Positions 8,260 to 19,332 of a DNA stretch of 64,000 nucleotides are shown here, piece after piece. This stretch comes from an uncultured Eubacteriales bacterium (lineage in GTDB: Bacteria; Bacillota; Clostridia; Oscillospirales; UBA644), in assembly GCA_959604355.1 (NCBI GenBank), contig CAUHAO010000001.1, forward strand, positions 779 through 64,778, given 5' to 3'. The notes beneath the pieces are model-generated. The model had not been told where the DNA came from, searched no databases, and was given only the letters and a program-made list of their open reading frames with translations. The translations under genes and the position numbers were made by a program. Position 1 is the stretch's first letter. Each line of letters begins with the position of its first letter.

Positions 8260-9015
8260 ATGCAGATAACCTCGTCTTTCAGCCGATACGAGAAAAAATA
8301 CCTTTTGACGGTTGAGCAGAAGGAAGAACTCCTCGGACGTATAGGCGAATATATACAGGCCGACGCGTACAGTATGGGCAACGCGATGTACCGTATCTGC
8401 AATATTTATTTCGACACGGAAAATTCCGACGTGATAAGATATTCGCTTTCATCTCCGTTCTACAAGGAAAAACTCCGTCTGCGCACATACGACACTCCGA
8501 AGTCGATGGATCAGAACGCGTTTCTCGAGATAAAGAAAAAGGTTAACCGGCTTGTGCTCAAACGCCGTGCGACGCTTACTCTCGGGCAGGCGTATGAGTT
8601 TCTTGAAACACGCAGGCGCCCGCAGGCACTGAGTTATATAAACAATCAGGTTCTTGACGAGATAGAGTATTATTTAGCCGTCAATCCCGTTCGCCCGGCG
8701 GTATACATCGCCTACGACAGAGCGGCGTATTACGATAAAAACGATCCCTCTCTGCGCATAACCTTTGATAAAAACATAATCACACGGCGCGACGACCTGT
8801 ACCTTGAACACGGCGTACATGGGCAGAATCTTCTCGGCGAAAATGAATGGCTCATGGAGATCAAAGTATCATCCGCGATGCCTCTTTGGCTCGCCAGACC
8901 GCTCGTGCAGATGGGACTTTTCCCCCGCAGTTTCTCAAAATACGGCACCGAATATGCCAATACCGTCAATGAAAACCGCGACATAAAACGAAATGAGGAC
9001 TCTTACGATGATTGA
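8260..9015 (+). CDS. VTC-domain (CYTH-like triphosphate tunnel) protein
   Basis: 251 aa. The N-terminal RYEKKYLL and the IYFDT...KLRLRTY strands resemble the bacterial VTC domain family (recognised from memory). Confidence 0.6.
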   Translation: MQITSSFSRYEKKYLLTVEQKEELLGRIGEYIQADAYSMGNAMYRICNIYFDTENSDVIRYSLSSPFYKEKLRLRTYDTPKSMDQNAFLEIKKKVNRLVLKRRATLTLGQAYEFLETRRRPQALSYINNQVLDEIEYYLAVNPVRPAVYIAYDRAAYYDKNDPSLRITFDKNIITRRDDLYLEHGVHGQNLLGENEWLMEIKVSSAMPLWLARPLVQMGLFPRSFSKYGTEYANTVNENRDIKRNEDSYDD

Positions 9016-9706
9016 AAGATTTTTTGCCACACAGTTCGGCACGACCTTTACCCTGGGCTCTTCTCTGCTGATAGTCGGTGTAGCCGCACTCCTTGGTATT
9101 CTTATAAGCCTTACATACATGGCGTGCAACAGACGTATCGGATATAATGTATCATTTGTCTTGTCTATAATAATTCTCCCGACCGTGATTTCCTTTATAA
9201 TAATGCTTATCGGCAACAATGTTGCCCGCGCGTTCACGCTTGCGGGTTCCCTCTCAATAATCCGCTACCGCAGCGAGCAAACATCTGCCAAAGACCTGTC
9301 ATATCTGCTTTTCGGTCTTGCGATGGGTCTTGCGTGCGGCATAGGCTATATAGGCTACGCGATGCTTTTCACGGTGCTTTTCTGTATCTGCTTCATCATC
9401 ATTTCGCGCCTGCGGTTCGGTGAGCGTAAATATTCGTATATGACGCTCAAAATACTCATGCCCGAAAACCTTAACTATCAGGATGCTTTCGACGATATTC
9501 TCAAAGAATATACGACCGACTATGAGATGCTTAAAGTCCGCACGACGGATTTCGGCACTATGTTCGAGGTCACGTTCCGCATCGCGATGCTTGCGTCTGT
9601 CAATCAGAAGGAATTCATCGACAAACTCCGTACACGCAACGGCAATATGAATATAGTCCTTACTATGCGCAACCGCGAAAACATCCTTGTCATCGCGGAC
9701 AAATAA
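9008..9706 (+). CDS. DUF4956-family membrane protein (usual partner of bacterial VTC-domain proteins)
   Basis: The N-terminal half is hydrophobic (about 4 TM segments) and is followed by a soluble C-terminal domain. I prefer ATG 9008 (GAGGA 8 nt upstream, ATGATTGA overlap with the VTC stop) over the track start 8993. Family assignment is from memory. Confidence 0.55.
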   Translation: MIERFFATQFGTTFTLGSSLLIVGVAALLGILISLTYMACNRRIGYNVSFVLSIIILPTVISFIIMLIGNNVARAFTLAGSLSIIRYRSEQTSAKDLSYLLFGLAMGLACGIGYIGYAMLFTVLFCICFIIISRLRFGERKYSYMTLKILMPENLNYQDAFDDILKEYTTDYEMLKVRTTDFGTMFEVTFRIAMLASVNQKEFIDKLRTRNGNMNIVLTMRNRENILVIADK

Positions 9707-9721
9707 AAACAAGGATTTCAG

Positions 9722-9747
9722 AGAGCCCTAATGCAGGGCTCTTTTTT
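9722..9747 (+). terminator. Rho-independent terminator
   Basis: AGAGCCCT-AATGC-AGGGCTCT followed by TTTTT. Confidence 0.75.
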
Positions 9748-9816
9748 CATGCCCATTAGACAGTATCCGAAGATTTTGCCGATTGTTACAGAATTTCAAA
9801 CTCTCGGCAAAACGGC

Positions 9817-9868
9817 TTGACAAACGTGTCTACATTGTGTAGACTATATATGTCTACAAAGTGTAGAC
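9817..9868 (+). promoter_or_regulatory. blaI-like promoter with two 17-bp perfect dyad operators
   Basis: TTGACA (9817-9822), a 17-nt spacer and TAGACT (9840-9845). GTCTACAttgTGTAGAC lies at 9828-9844 and GTCTACAaagTGTAGAC at 9852-9868. Both contain the TACA..TGTA core typical of BlaI/MecI/CopY operators. Confidence 0.7.
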
Positions 9869-9887
9869 AGAAAAGGAAGGCAGCATT

Positions 9888-10253
9888 ATGGATGATATCA
9901 GACTTGGTGCGGTGGAAGCCCGTTTCGCGGGAATTATATGGGAAAACGAGCCCGTGACAACGGTGCAGCTCATCGGGATTTGCGAAAAAGAACTGAAATG
10001 GAAGCGTACGACGACATATACGGTGCTCAAAAGGCTTTGCGAGCGCGGTTTATTCGTCAACAACGGCGGCGTGATAACGTCCGCGATGAATAAAAATGAT
10101 TTCAATTCCGCGCAGAGCGAAAAATTCGTCGAGGAGCGTTTCAACGGCTCTCTGCCCGCGTTTATAGCAGCTTTTACGGCACACCGCAAGCTTTCCGATG
10201 CGGAGATAAACGAGATAAGAGCGATGATAGAAGCAAGCCGCGGGGAGAATTGA
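9888..10253 (+). CDS. BlaI/MecI/CopY-family winged-helix repressor
   Basis: 121 aa. The segment IWENEPVTTVQLIGICEKELKWKRTTTYTVLKRLCERGL is the family wHTH. A C-terminal dimerisation helix follows, and an M56 sensor gene lies immediately downstream. Confidence 0.85.
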   Translation: MDDIRLGAVEARFAGIIWENEPVTTVQLIGICEKELKWKRTTTYTVLKRLCERGLFVNNGGVITSAMNKNDFNSAQSEKFVEERFNGSLPAFIAAFTAHRKLSDAEINEIRAMIEASRGEN

Positions 10254-10254
10254 C

Positions 10255-12252
10255 ATGAGCGAAGTGTTTCTCAAGGTCATCAATATGAGTATCGCCGCGG
10301 GTTGGCTCGTCGCGGCGGTCGTGCTGCTACGCAGCGTGTTCAGGAAGATGCCGAAGTTCGTTATGTGCATTCTCTGGGGCGTCGTCGCGCTGAGACTCAT
10401 ATGTCCGTTCACGGTGCAAAGCAAAGTCAGCCTTGTTCCCAGCGCGGAAACTTTTCCGTCGGAAATCATTTCGTCACAAGATGCCTCTTTTCGCGTTGAA
10501 ACGGGCTTTTATGAACTCAATTCTCGCGTCAGCGAATATATTGCGGAGCATTATCCTGAAGACGTGGCTGCTGACGCGAACAATGCCGTTGATACCGTTA
10601 CTGTGCTCTCGGCGGTGTGGCTCTCAGGCATCGCTGCTATGCTCGTGTACGCGCTCGTATCGTGGATGAAAGTCAGGCGCCGGGTGCGGGAAGCGGCGTT
10701 CTCGCAGGATAATATATGGGTCTGCGACGGTTTGCAGTCACCGTTCATCCTCGGCATTTTCCGCCCGCGGATATATCTGCCGTCCGACCTCGGAGGCACA
10801 GCTCAGGCGCACGTTATCGCGCACGAAAATGCGCATTTGAGGCGCAAAGACCACCTGTGGAAGCCTATCGGATTTCTGCTGCTGGCGGTGTATTGGTTCA
10901 ATCCGCTGATGTGGCTTGCATACATACTGCTTTGTCGCGATATCGAAGCCGCGTGCGACGAAAAGGTCATATCCGAGATGAATACCGACGGACGTGCGGA
11001 GTATTCGGAGAGCCTGCTTGAATGCAGTATTCCGCGCAGGGCGGTCACGGCGTGTCCGCTTGCATTCGGTGAAACAGGTGTGAAAGGAAGAGTGAAAAAT
11101 GTGCTCAATTATAAAAAGCCCGCGTTCTGGGTGATATTCGTATCGCTCGTACTCTGCGCGGCGGTCGCAGTATGCTTTCTTACCGATCCCATTGCCGGGC
11201 GGCTGTGGGATATCGAGAACATTGAAAAGGATATGTTTAACGACATTTTGTTTGTTTCGGTGGCACACGGCGGCGACGTGAAAACATATACCGATTACAC
11301 CTCAGACGACCTTGTCGAACGAACGTTGAAAAACATAAAGATAGATAAAAAACCGATGTCGCTGTCGTTCAACGAAAAATTTACGGCGACTTTTGCTCTG
11401 AAGGTTTACAGCAGAAAGACTTTCAGAGACCCTGTCACGCTAAATTTCAATACCGACGCGTCACAGGTACAGTTTGACGGTTCCGACGGACAGTCCTGTA
11501 TATATCGCATCAAAAATCCCGGAACGGTGCGGGATATGTTCGGTAAACTTACAAAAGCCGTTCCCGCGGAGGATCGAGAATTTGAGACTTATGTAATGAA
11601 TACTCCGAGCAGGGTGAGCGAGGGGTTTATTGATGTCTCACCGTCATTCACATTGAGCAAGAGAGACAAAACATTCACGTTTTATTTCTCACTGATAAGC
11701 AGTTATATAGCTCACGGGCATTACGAGCTCACGGACGACAAGCTTGTCATGAGTACCGACGACGGGTACGGATTTGTATATACGTTCAGGGTCGGTGACG
11801 GTATATTCTTTTACGATGAGGCAGAGTCGAACGGTATGATGATAGGCACGGATATCGAGGACGGGGCTGTGTTTTACCGTACCGATTCCAATAACGGGGC
11901 ATTCGTTTACACTCCTTTGGACCGTATCCAAGCCGACATCGACGGGGACGGTAAAGATGAGTGCTGCGAGCTTACCTGGGGCCCCACGTCGGGCATATAT
12001 TCTTTTTATTTCATAGCCTTCAAAGACGACGATGTACTGTGTAAGGATTTGTTTACACAGTTCTCTGCCGGCGGAACGTATAATCTAGATGATTTGTTTT
12101 TCGAAAAAGGTGACGACGGCACTCTTTACGTCTGCTCTGGTCCGTATATGGATTACGGCGCGAAAAAGATAGTTGATTATCGCTTTGCCGTAAGTTTTGA
12201 AAACGGGCATGTTTATCTTACGGACACCGAAAACGGTGAAAGACTTTCGTAA
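10255..12252 (+). CDS. BlaR1/MecR1-like M56 zinc-metalloprotease signal transducer with a non-PBP extracytoplasmic C-terminal domain
   Basis: 665 aa with N-terminal TM helices, the HExxH site HVIAHENAHLRRKDHLWK and a further TM. The about 350-aa C-terminal domain has no SxxK/KTG penicillin-binding motifs and ends with a DIDGDGKDE (FG-GAP/Ca-binding-like) motif. Confidence 0.8.
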   Translation: MSEVFLKVINMSIAAGWLVAAVVLLRSVFRKMPKFVMCILWGVVALRLICPFTVQSKVSLVPSAETFPSEIISSQDASFRVETGFYELNSRVSEYIAEHYPEDVAADANNAVDTVTVLSAVWLSGIAAMLVYALVSWMKVRRRVREAAFSQDNIWVCDGLQSPFILGIFRPRIYLPSDLGGTAQAHVIAHENAHLRRKDHLWKPIGFLLLAVYWFNPLMWLAYILLCRDIEAACDEKVISEMNTDGRAEYSESLLECSIPRRAVTACPLAFGETGVKGRVKNVLNYKKPAFWVIFVSLVLCAAVAVCFLTDPIAGRLWDIENIEKDMFNDILFVSVAHGGDVKTYTDYTSDDLVERTLKNIKIDKKPMSLSFNEKFTATFALKVYSRKTFRDPVTLNFNTDASQVQFDGSDGQSCIYRIKNPGTVRDMFGKLTKAVPAEDREFETYVMNTPSRVSEGFIDVSPSFTLSKRDKTFTFYFSLISSYIAHGHYELTDDKLVMSTDDGYGFVYTFRVGDGIFFYDEAESNGMMIGTDIEDGAVFYRTDSNNGAFVYTPLDRIQADIDGDGKDECCELTWGPTSGIYSFYFIAFKDDDVLCKDLFTQFSAGGTYNLDDLFFEKGDDGTLYVCSGPYMDYGAKKIVDYRFAVSFENGHVYLTDTENGERLS

Positions 12253-12331
12253 ATGCAGACATATATACCGAGGAAGGCATACTGAGGAAGGCGCGGTGCA
12301 CATTCTGCCATATATCCATAATACTTATATA

Positions 12332-12362
12332 AGAGGAGCGGCTCTGTTTCGTTCCTCTTTTT
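12332..12362 (+). terminator. Probable terminator after the blaR1-like gene
   Basis: AGAGGAGC-N-GTTCCTCT imperfect stem followed by TTTTT. Confidence 0.4.
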
Positions 12363-12421
12363 GCGTTTGTGTCAGAACGTTGACAAAATTTGTATTTATT
12401 ATAAAAAAACAGAATTACCCC

Positions 12422-12450
12422 TTGACAAATGGGGAAAATAGTGGTAAATT
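12422..12450 (+). promoter_or_regulatory. Sigma-A promoter of the hrcA-grpE-dnaK-dnaJ operon
   Basis: TTGACA (12422-12427), a 17-nt spacer and TAAATT (12445-12450). Confidence 0.7.
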
Positions 12451-12457
12451 ATCCGTG

Positions 12458-12484
12458 TTGGCACTCAAAACATGTGAGTGCTAA
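12458..12484 (+). promoter_or_regulatory. CIRCE operator (HrcA binding site)
   Basis: TTGGCACTC-N9-GAGTGCTAA versus the consensus TTAGCACTC-N9-GAGTGCTAA (one mismatch). It sits right after the -10 box and upstream of hrcA. Confidence 0.9.
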
Positions 12485-12502
12485 AACCGAAGGGGGTTAA
12501 AC

Positions 12503-13522
12503 ATGGATCTCGATGAACGTAAAAAACGCATACTTGATTCGGTCATATCCTCTTATATTGCGACGGGCGAACCCGTAGGGTCGAAGACATTGCTTGACAG
12601 CCTTGAACTCGGCGTTTCAAGTGCAACTGTACGAAGCGAGATGAACGAGCTTGAAAAACTGGGCTATCTGTGCAAGCCTCACACCTCGGCGGGGCGTATA
12701 CCGAGCGAGGATGGACTGAGGTATTACGTCAAAACTTCGCTAAATCAGTATACTCTTGATGAAAGAGACCTGAAAATGTTCATGCCGGCGTTCCGTTCAT
12801 GTGTCGGTCTGTTGGAGATGATACGAAGCGCGTCGTCGTGCCTTGCGGAGTTTTCGGGTTGCACCGTTTTCAGTGCATCTGCCGCGGGCGGGGATAATAA
12901 ATTCACCTTTGAGGTGATGCCCGCCGGAAAAAGAACTCTTGCAATAATGGCCATAAGTGACACGGGCACTGTCAAATCCGTATTTACGAAAGCAGATGAC
13001 GATGTAACCGCCGAAGATGCGCAGAAACTCACGAAGCTGCTCAATAAAATCTTCGCGAACTTCCCGGTCAATCAGATAGGCGGCGTGAAGGTGATGCTTT
13101 TCCGTGATGAGGTCGACCGCAACTGCCCGAAGATGAGCTGCGTTGTCGCACCCGTAATAAGCCTTGTTGATAAGATAAAATCATACGAGCTTTATATAAG
13201 CGGAAGCGAAAAACTGCTGTCGTACCCGGAATTTTCAAATGTCGAAGCGGCGAAAGAGTATTTCAGTCTGCTGAGCCGTCATGAGGATATCCTCGGGCAG
13301 CTGCTCGAAGCGGAGAAGAACGGCGACATCAACGTGCGCATAGGTGAGGAAAACAAAATACTCAAAAACCTGCATGCGAGCGTCATTTCCGTCGGAAGCG
13401 ACGCGAAGATACCGATAGTTATCGGAGTTCTCGGTCCGACGCGGATGAATTATTCGAAGGTCATCGCGGGATGCAAGCATGTCATGCTCAGCTTACAGGA
13501 GCATATAGATAAAGAATTCTGA
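12503..13522 (+). CDS. hrcA: Heat-inducible transcription repressor HrcA
   Basis: N-terminus MDLDERKKRILDSVISSYIATGEPVGSKTL (the HrcA wHTH). It is the first gene of a CIRCE-controlled chaperone operon. Confidence 0.92.
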   Translation: MDLDERKKRILDSVISSYIATGEPVGSKTLLDSLELGVSSATVRSEMNELEKLGYLCKPHTSAGRIPSEDGLRYYVKTSLNQYTLDERDLKMFMPAFRSCVGLLEMIRSASSCLAEFSGCTVFSASAAGGDNKFTFEVMPAGKRTLAIMAISDTGTVKSVFTKADDDVTAEDAQKLTKLLNKIFANFPVNQIGGVKVMLFRDEVDRNCPKMSCVVAPVISLVDKIKSYELYISGSEKLLSYPEFSNVEAAKEYFSLLSRHEDILGQLLEAEKNGDINVRIGEENKILKNLHASVISVGSDAKIPIVIGVLGPTRMNYSKVIAGCKHVMLSLQEHIDKEF

Positions 13523-13541
13523 CCCGAAAGGAAAAAATAAA

Positions 13542-14069
13542 ATGGCAAAGGAAAAGCACGAAAACAGCGAGAAGAATGAGAAAGATACCGCGCAAAACGG
13601 GCAGGAAGTTCAGGAAACTGTCGAAGCGCCTGCGGCAGAGGAAGAAAAAGCTGCTCCCGTTGACGATATGAAAGACAAATTCCTGCGTCTTGCGGCGGAT
13701 TTCGATAATTTCAAAAAAAGAAGCAGAGCCGAAAAGGACGCGCTTTACGGTGTGGCTGTCGCGGACACGGTGGAGAAATTTCTTCCGGTCATAGACGACC
13801 TTGAACGTGCACTTGCGGCGGCAAATGACGAGTCTCCTCTCAAAAAAGGAGTCGAGCAGATACTTTCAAAAGCGTCCGCCGTCATGTCGGGCATGGGTGT
13901 TACTGAAATAGGAAAAAAGGGCGAGAAATTCGATGTCGCGATGCATGAAGCGGTGATGCAATGCCAGAGCGACGAATTCGAAGGAGGCTGCGTGGCAGAA
14001 GTGTTCCAGAAAGGCTACAAGCTCGGCGACAAAGTCATAAGATACGCAAAAGTTAAGGTTACAGAGTGA
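13542..14069 (+). CDS. grpE: Nucleotide exchange factor GrpE
   Basis: RLAADFDNFKKRSRAEK... and the C-terminal KGYKLGDKVIRYAKVKV are GrpE hallmarks. It lies between hrcA and dnaK. Confidence 0.92.
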   Translation: MAKEKHENSEKNEKDTAQNGQEVQETVEAPAAEEEKAAPVDDMKDKFLRLAADFDNFKKRSRAEKDALYGVAVADTVEKFLPVIDDLERALAAANDESPLKKGVEQILSKASAVMSGMGVTEIGKKGEKFDVAMHEAVMQCQSDEFEGGCVAEVFQKGYKLGDKVIRYAKVKVTE

Positions 14070-14112
14070 TCAATCGGCATTTTTATATAAGTAAAACCAA
14101 TCAGGAGGATAA

Positions 14113-15948
<1,836 letters not shown>

Positions 15949-16019
15949 GATAATATAAACGCGGATTTGCCGGAGGCGGAAGAGCTTTCGGCAAATTCCG
16001 TCGCGTAACAGAGGATAAT

Positions 16020-17162
16020 ATGGCAGAGAAGAGAGATTACTACGAGGTGCTCGGTGTTTCCAAGGGCGCGTCGGATGACGAGATAAAAAAAGCGTACCGT
16101 CAGATGGCGAAAAAGTATCATCCCGACCTTAACCCCGGAAACAAAGAGGCGGAGCAGAAATTCAAGGAAGTCGGCGAGGCATACTCAGTGCTTTCCGACG
16201 CGGATAAACGTGCGCGCTACGACCAGTTCGGTCATGCGGGCGTGGATCAGTCCGGCGGCGGTGCGGGCGGATATACGAACGTAGATTTCGGAGATTTCGG
16301 AGACCTCGGCGATATATTCGGCAGCTTCTTCGGCGGCGGTATGGGCGGCCAGAGGAGACGTTCGTCGGCAATACCGGGCGAAGACGTGAACGTGTCGCTT
16401 CAGATAGATTTCAATGAGGCTGTATTCGGCTGCAAGAAGTCCGTAAACGTACGCAGAACAGTCAACTGCGACTCATGCGGCGGCAGCGGCGCGGCGGCCG
16501 GAACACAGCCTGAAACGTGCAAGGTTTGTAACGGCACGGGACGCGTGCGTCAGGTGCGTCAGACGATGTTCGGCAATATGCAGACTGAATCGACATGCTC
16601 CTCATGCAGAGGCACGGGCAAGATAATCACGAATCCGTGCAAGAAATGCGGCGGTACGGGTCAGGTCAAAAAATCGTCCGTAGAGGATATCGAAATTCCC
16701 GCGGGCATCAATAACAACCAGACAATACGAATCCGCGGCAAGGGCGGCATGGGACTCAGAGGCGGCGCTGCGGGAGACCTTAACGTTCACATTTCCGTCA
16801 AGCCCCACCCGATTTTTGAGCGCCGCGACTTCGACATATATTGTGATGTCCCGATAACCTTCGTGCAGGCATGTGCGGGCTGTACTCTTGATATCCCCAC
16901 CGTTGACGGCTCGGAGTTCAAGTATAAGATCCCGGAAGGCATCCAGCCCAACACGGTTTATAATTTCAAGGGCAAGGGCGTACCGTACTTAAACGAGAAA
17001 AACCGCCGCGGCGACATGTATGTGAAGATTGTCGTGGAGATCCCGAAGAATCTCACAACAAAACAGAAAGAGATCCTTGCGGAGTTTGAAAAGACCACAA
17101 CCTCGTCCAGCTATGAAAAATCCACGGGCTTCTGGAATAAAGTCAAAAACATGTTCAAATGA
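16020..17162 (+). CDS. dnaJ: Co-chaperone DnaJ
   Basis: J-domain with the [12 protein letters not shown] motif, a G/F-rich region, and four CxxCxGxG zinc-finger repeats ([32 protein letters not shown]). Confidence 0.97.
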   Translation: MAEKRDYYEVLGVSKGASDDEIKKAYRQMAKKYHPDLNPGNKEAEQKFKEVGEAYSVLSDADKRARYDQFGHAGVDQSGGGAGGYTNVDFGDFGDLGDIFGSFFGGGMGGQRRRSSAIPGEDVNVSLQIDFNEAVFGCKKSVNVRRTVNCDSCGGSGAAAGTQPETCKVCNGTGRVRQVRQTMFGNMQTESTCSSCRGTGKIITNPCKKCGGTGQVKKSSVEDIEIPAGINNNQTIRIRGKGGMGLRGGAAGDLNVHISVKPHPIFERRDFDIYCDVPITFVQACAGCTLDIPTVDGSEFKYKIPEGIQPNTVYNFKGKGVPYLNEKNRRGDMYVKIVVEIPKNLTTKQKEILAEFEKTTTSSSYEKSTGFWNKVKNMFK

Positions 17163-17285
17163 AGCAAAGGCTTCGGATTTTGCACGGACAAATAATAATG
17201 ATCTTGTCGGGACTTTGTGTTTGCAAAGTCCCCGCTTGTTACAATACCCAACATAGTGAATAGGACTTTAGGAGGCAAATATATA

Positions 17286-18155
17286 ATGCTATGGCTTGTA
17301 ATGGCGGTACTGTCCGCCCTATTCGCAGGTCTGACAGCTATACTGGCCAAGTGCGGTATTAAAAAAACCGACCCCGATATAGCCACGGCATTGCGGACAA
17401 TCGTTGTAATGATTTTCTCCTGGGCAATGGTTTTTATTGTCGGTTCTGCCCGGACAATTACTCAGATAGAAACCTCTTCTCTGATTTTTCTGGTACTTTC
17501 CGGATTGGCAACAGGCGCTTCATGGATATGTTATTTTAAAGCATTGTCCATGGGAGATATCAATAAAGTTGTTCCCGTCGACAAATCAAGTACAGTTTTA
17601 ACAGTACTGCTTGCAATGATTCTTTTCGGAGAAACAAATAATTTTGCAGTCAAACTGATCGGCACGGGGCTTTTGGCGGCCGGCGTTTTTCTGATGATAG
17701 AGAAGAGAAGAACGGAGCAAAAGAAGATCGATCGTGCGTGGCTCCTGTACGCAATCGGTTCGGCGGTGTTTTCCGCCCTTACTTCGATTCTTGCGAAAAT
17801 CGGAATTACCGGGGTGGAATCAAACCTCGGTACGGCAATCCGAACGGGTGTCGTGCTTGTAATGGCGTGGGGCGTTGTGTTTATCAAGGGTAAGCAGTCG
17901 GAACTTCGATCCATTGATAAGAAAGAACTCCTGTTTATAGCGTTGTCGGGCCTTGCTACCGGCGGTTCATGGCTGTGCTACTATTACGCGATACGGAACG
18001 GTATTGTCAGCGTCGTTGTACCGATCGACAAGATGAGTATTTTGGTGTCCGTACTGTTCTCGGCGGTTGTATTTCATGAGAAACTCAGTAAAAAGGCGGC
18101 CTTCGGCCTTGCATTGATGACCGTGGGAACACTTGCAATGGCAATATGGGCATAG
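17286..18155 (+). CDS. EamA/DMT-family transporter (two EamA repeats, about 10 TM)
   Basis: Hydrophobic 289-aa protein made of two similar halves (..LSALFAGLTAILAKCGI.. / ..GSAVFSALTSILAKIGI..). The start is set at ATG 17286, with AGGAGG 9 nt upstream, instead of the track start 17217. Confidence 0.75.
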   Translation: MLWLVMAVLSALFAGLTAILAKCGIKKTDPDIATALRTIVVMIFSWAMVFIVGSARTITQIETSSLIFLVLSGLATGASWICYFKALSMGDINKVVPVDKSSTVLTVLLAMILFGETNNFAVKLIGTGLLAAGVFLMIEKRRTEQKKIDRAWLLYAIGSAVFSALTSILAKIGITGVESNLGTAIRTGVVLVMAWGVVFIKGKQSELRSIDKKELLFIALSGLATGGSWLCYYYAIRNGIVSVVVPIDKMSILVSVLFSAVVFHEKLSKKAAFGLALMTVGTLAMAIWA

Positions 18156-18193
18156 ATGATATTGTATCATTCGTCACTGCCGTACGCAGTAAA

Positions 18194-18234
18194 AATCGGT
18201 TGAGAGGCTCATCCCTCAGCCGATTTTATATTTT
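18194..18234 (+). terminator. Rho-independent terminator after the EamA gene
   Basis: AATCGGTTGAG-N10-CTCAGCCGATT (one G-T pair) followed by TTATATTTT. Confidence 0.6.
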
Positions 18235-18351
18235 GCGGACCTTCCTTGACGCGGCATTCAGCCCGGAGCTTTTGTTTAACTTTTTTCGTTTACGCCTCTT
18301 TACAATTCTGCTTTTTTATGATACAATATAAAATGACATATTATACTGGAG

Positions 18352-19329
18352 ATGAGACCCGTGACAGAAAATCAGATAACGTTCGAGGCGACGAAAATGT
18401 TCAGCGTCCCTGCCGAAATAGTGGACAAGCATCTTGACGCACCCGAAAAAGAACTGAAAGTGCTGCTTTTCCTTCTGCGAAACGTCAATTCCACGTTTCT
18501 TAAAAACACGATAATGGATAAGCTTTGCATGACCGAAAAAGAGCTTGACGACTGCATGAAATTCTGGGTCAGACGCGGCGTGCTTTTCAAAAACGCGGGT
18601 AAATATTCTCTTTCCAAACCGAATGTCAAGGCAAGCGACATAATGACATATACCGCGGAGGATGTTTCGAGCAGAGTAGACTCCGATGAAGGGCTGAAAT
18701 TCATTTACGACAAGACCGAACAGGTCCTTGCAAAGCCGCTCACGACAGCCGACGCGTCGTGTATCCTTTCGCTCGTCGATTACGCGGGACTTCCGACCGA
18801 GGTCATGGCGCTGCTGCTGCAATACTGCGCCGGCGACGGCAAGGTGACTTTGCGCCAGATAGAAAAAACGGGTTTCGATTGGGCTGACAAACAGCTCTTT
18901 ACATACGAAAAGGCAGAAGAATATATCGCCTCTCTGCGTGAAAAAAAGAAGACGGAAGCCCGTATCGCACGTATGCTCGGCATTTCCGACAGAGCGCTTA
19001 CAGACCCCGAAAAGAAGGTATTTGCGTCGTGGACCGAGATGGGCTATGACATGGATATGATAAAGATAGCGTACGAAAACACGGTCCGCCTCACGGGCAA
19101 GTATTCGTATCAGTATATGGATAAGATAATCACGAGCTGGAACGCGAAAGGCGTGAGAACTCCGGCCGACGCCGAAAAAGAGGCTTCACAGTCGGTGGTA
19201 GAGTCGAAAAAAACATCTCGCGCACCGAAAAAGCGTTACGAAAGCAAAATGGTCATAGACTCCGCCAAGGACGAGGAAATATCGTGGCAGATAATCCAGC
19301 AGTCCATGGCTGAAGGGGAGGACGAGTAA
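18352..19329 (+). CDS. DnaD-domain replication initiation / helicase-loading protein (DnaB/DnaD-like)
   Basis: The C-terminal DnaD repeat ...FASWTEMGYDMDMIKIAYENTVRLTGKYSYQYMDKIITSWNAKGVRT carries the YxxxIxxxW signature. A DnaI-like ATPase gene lies directly upstream of nothing and immediately downstream of this gene. The true start may be GTG 18361, which has better SD spacing. Confidence 0.8.
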   Translation: MRPVTENQITFEATKMFSVPAEIVDKHLDAPEKELKVLLFLLRNVNSTFLKNTIMDKLCMTEKELDDCMKFWVRRGVLFKNAGKYSLSKPNVKASDIMTYTAEDVSSRVDSDEGLKFIYDKTEQVLAKPLTTADASCILSLVDYAGLPTEVMALLLQYCAGDGKVTLRQIEKTGFDWADKQLFTYEKAEEYIASLREKKKTEARIARMLGISDRALTDPEKKVFASWTEMGYDMDMIKIAYENTVRLTGKYSYQYMDKIITSWNAKGVRTPADAEKEASQSVVESKKTSRAPKKRYESKMVIDSAKDEEISWQIIQQSMAEGEDE

Positions 19330-19332
19330 AAC

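Noticed and set aside
17209-17232. Hairpin GGGACTTTG-N6-CAAAGTCCC after dnaJ as a terminator
   Set aside because: The stem is good but is not followed by a T-tract (CGCTTGTTAC). It may be a processing or stability element, and that is not enough to call an intrinsic terminator.
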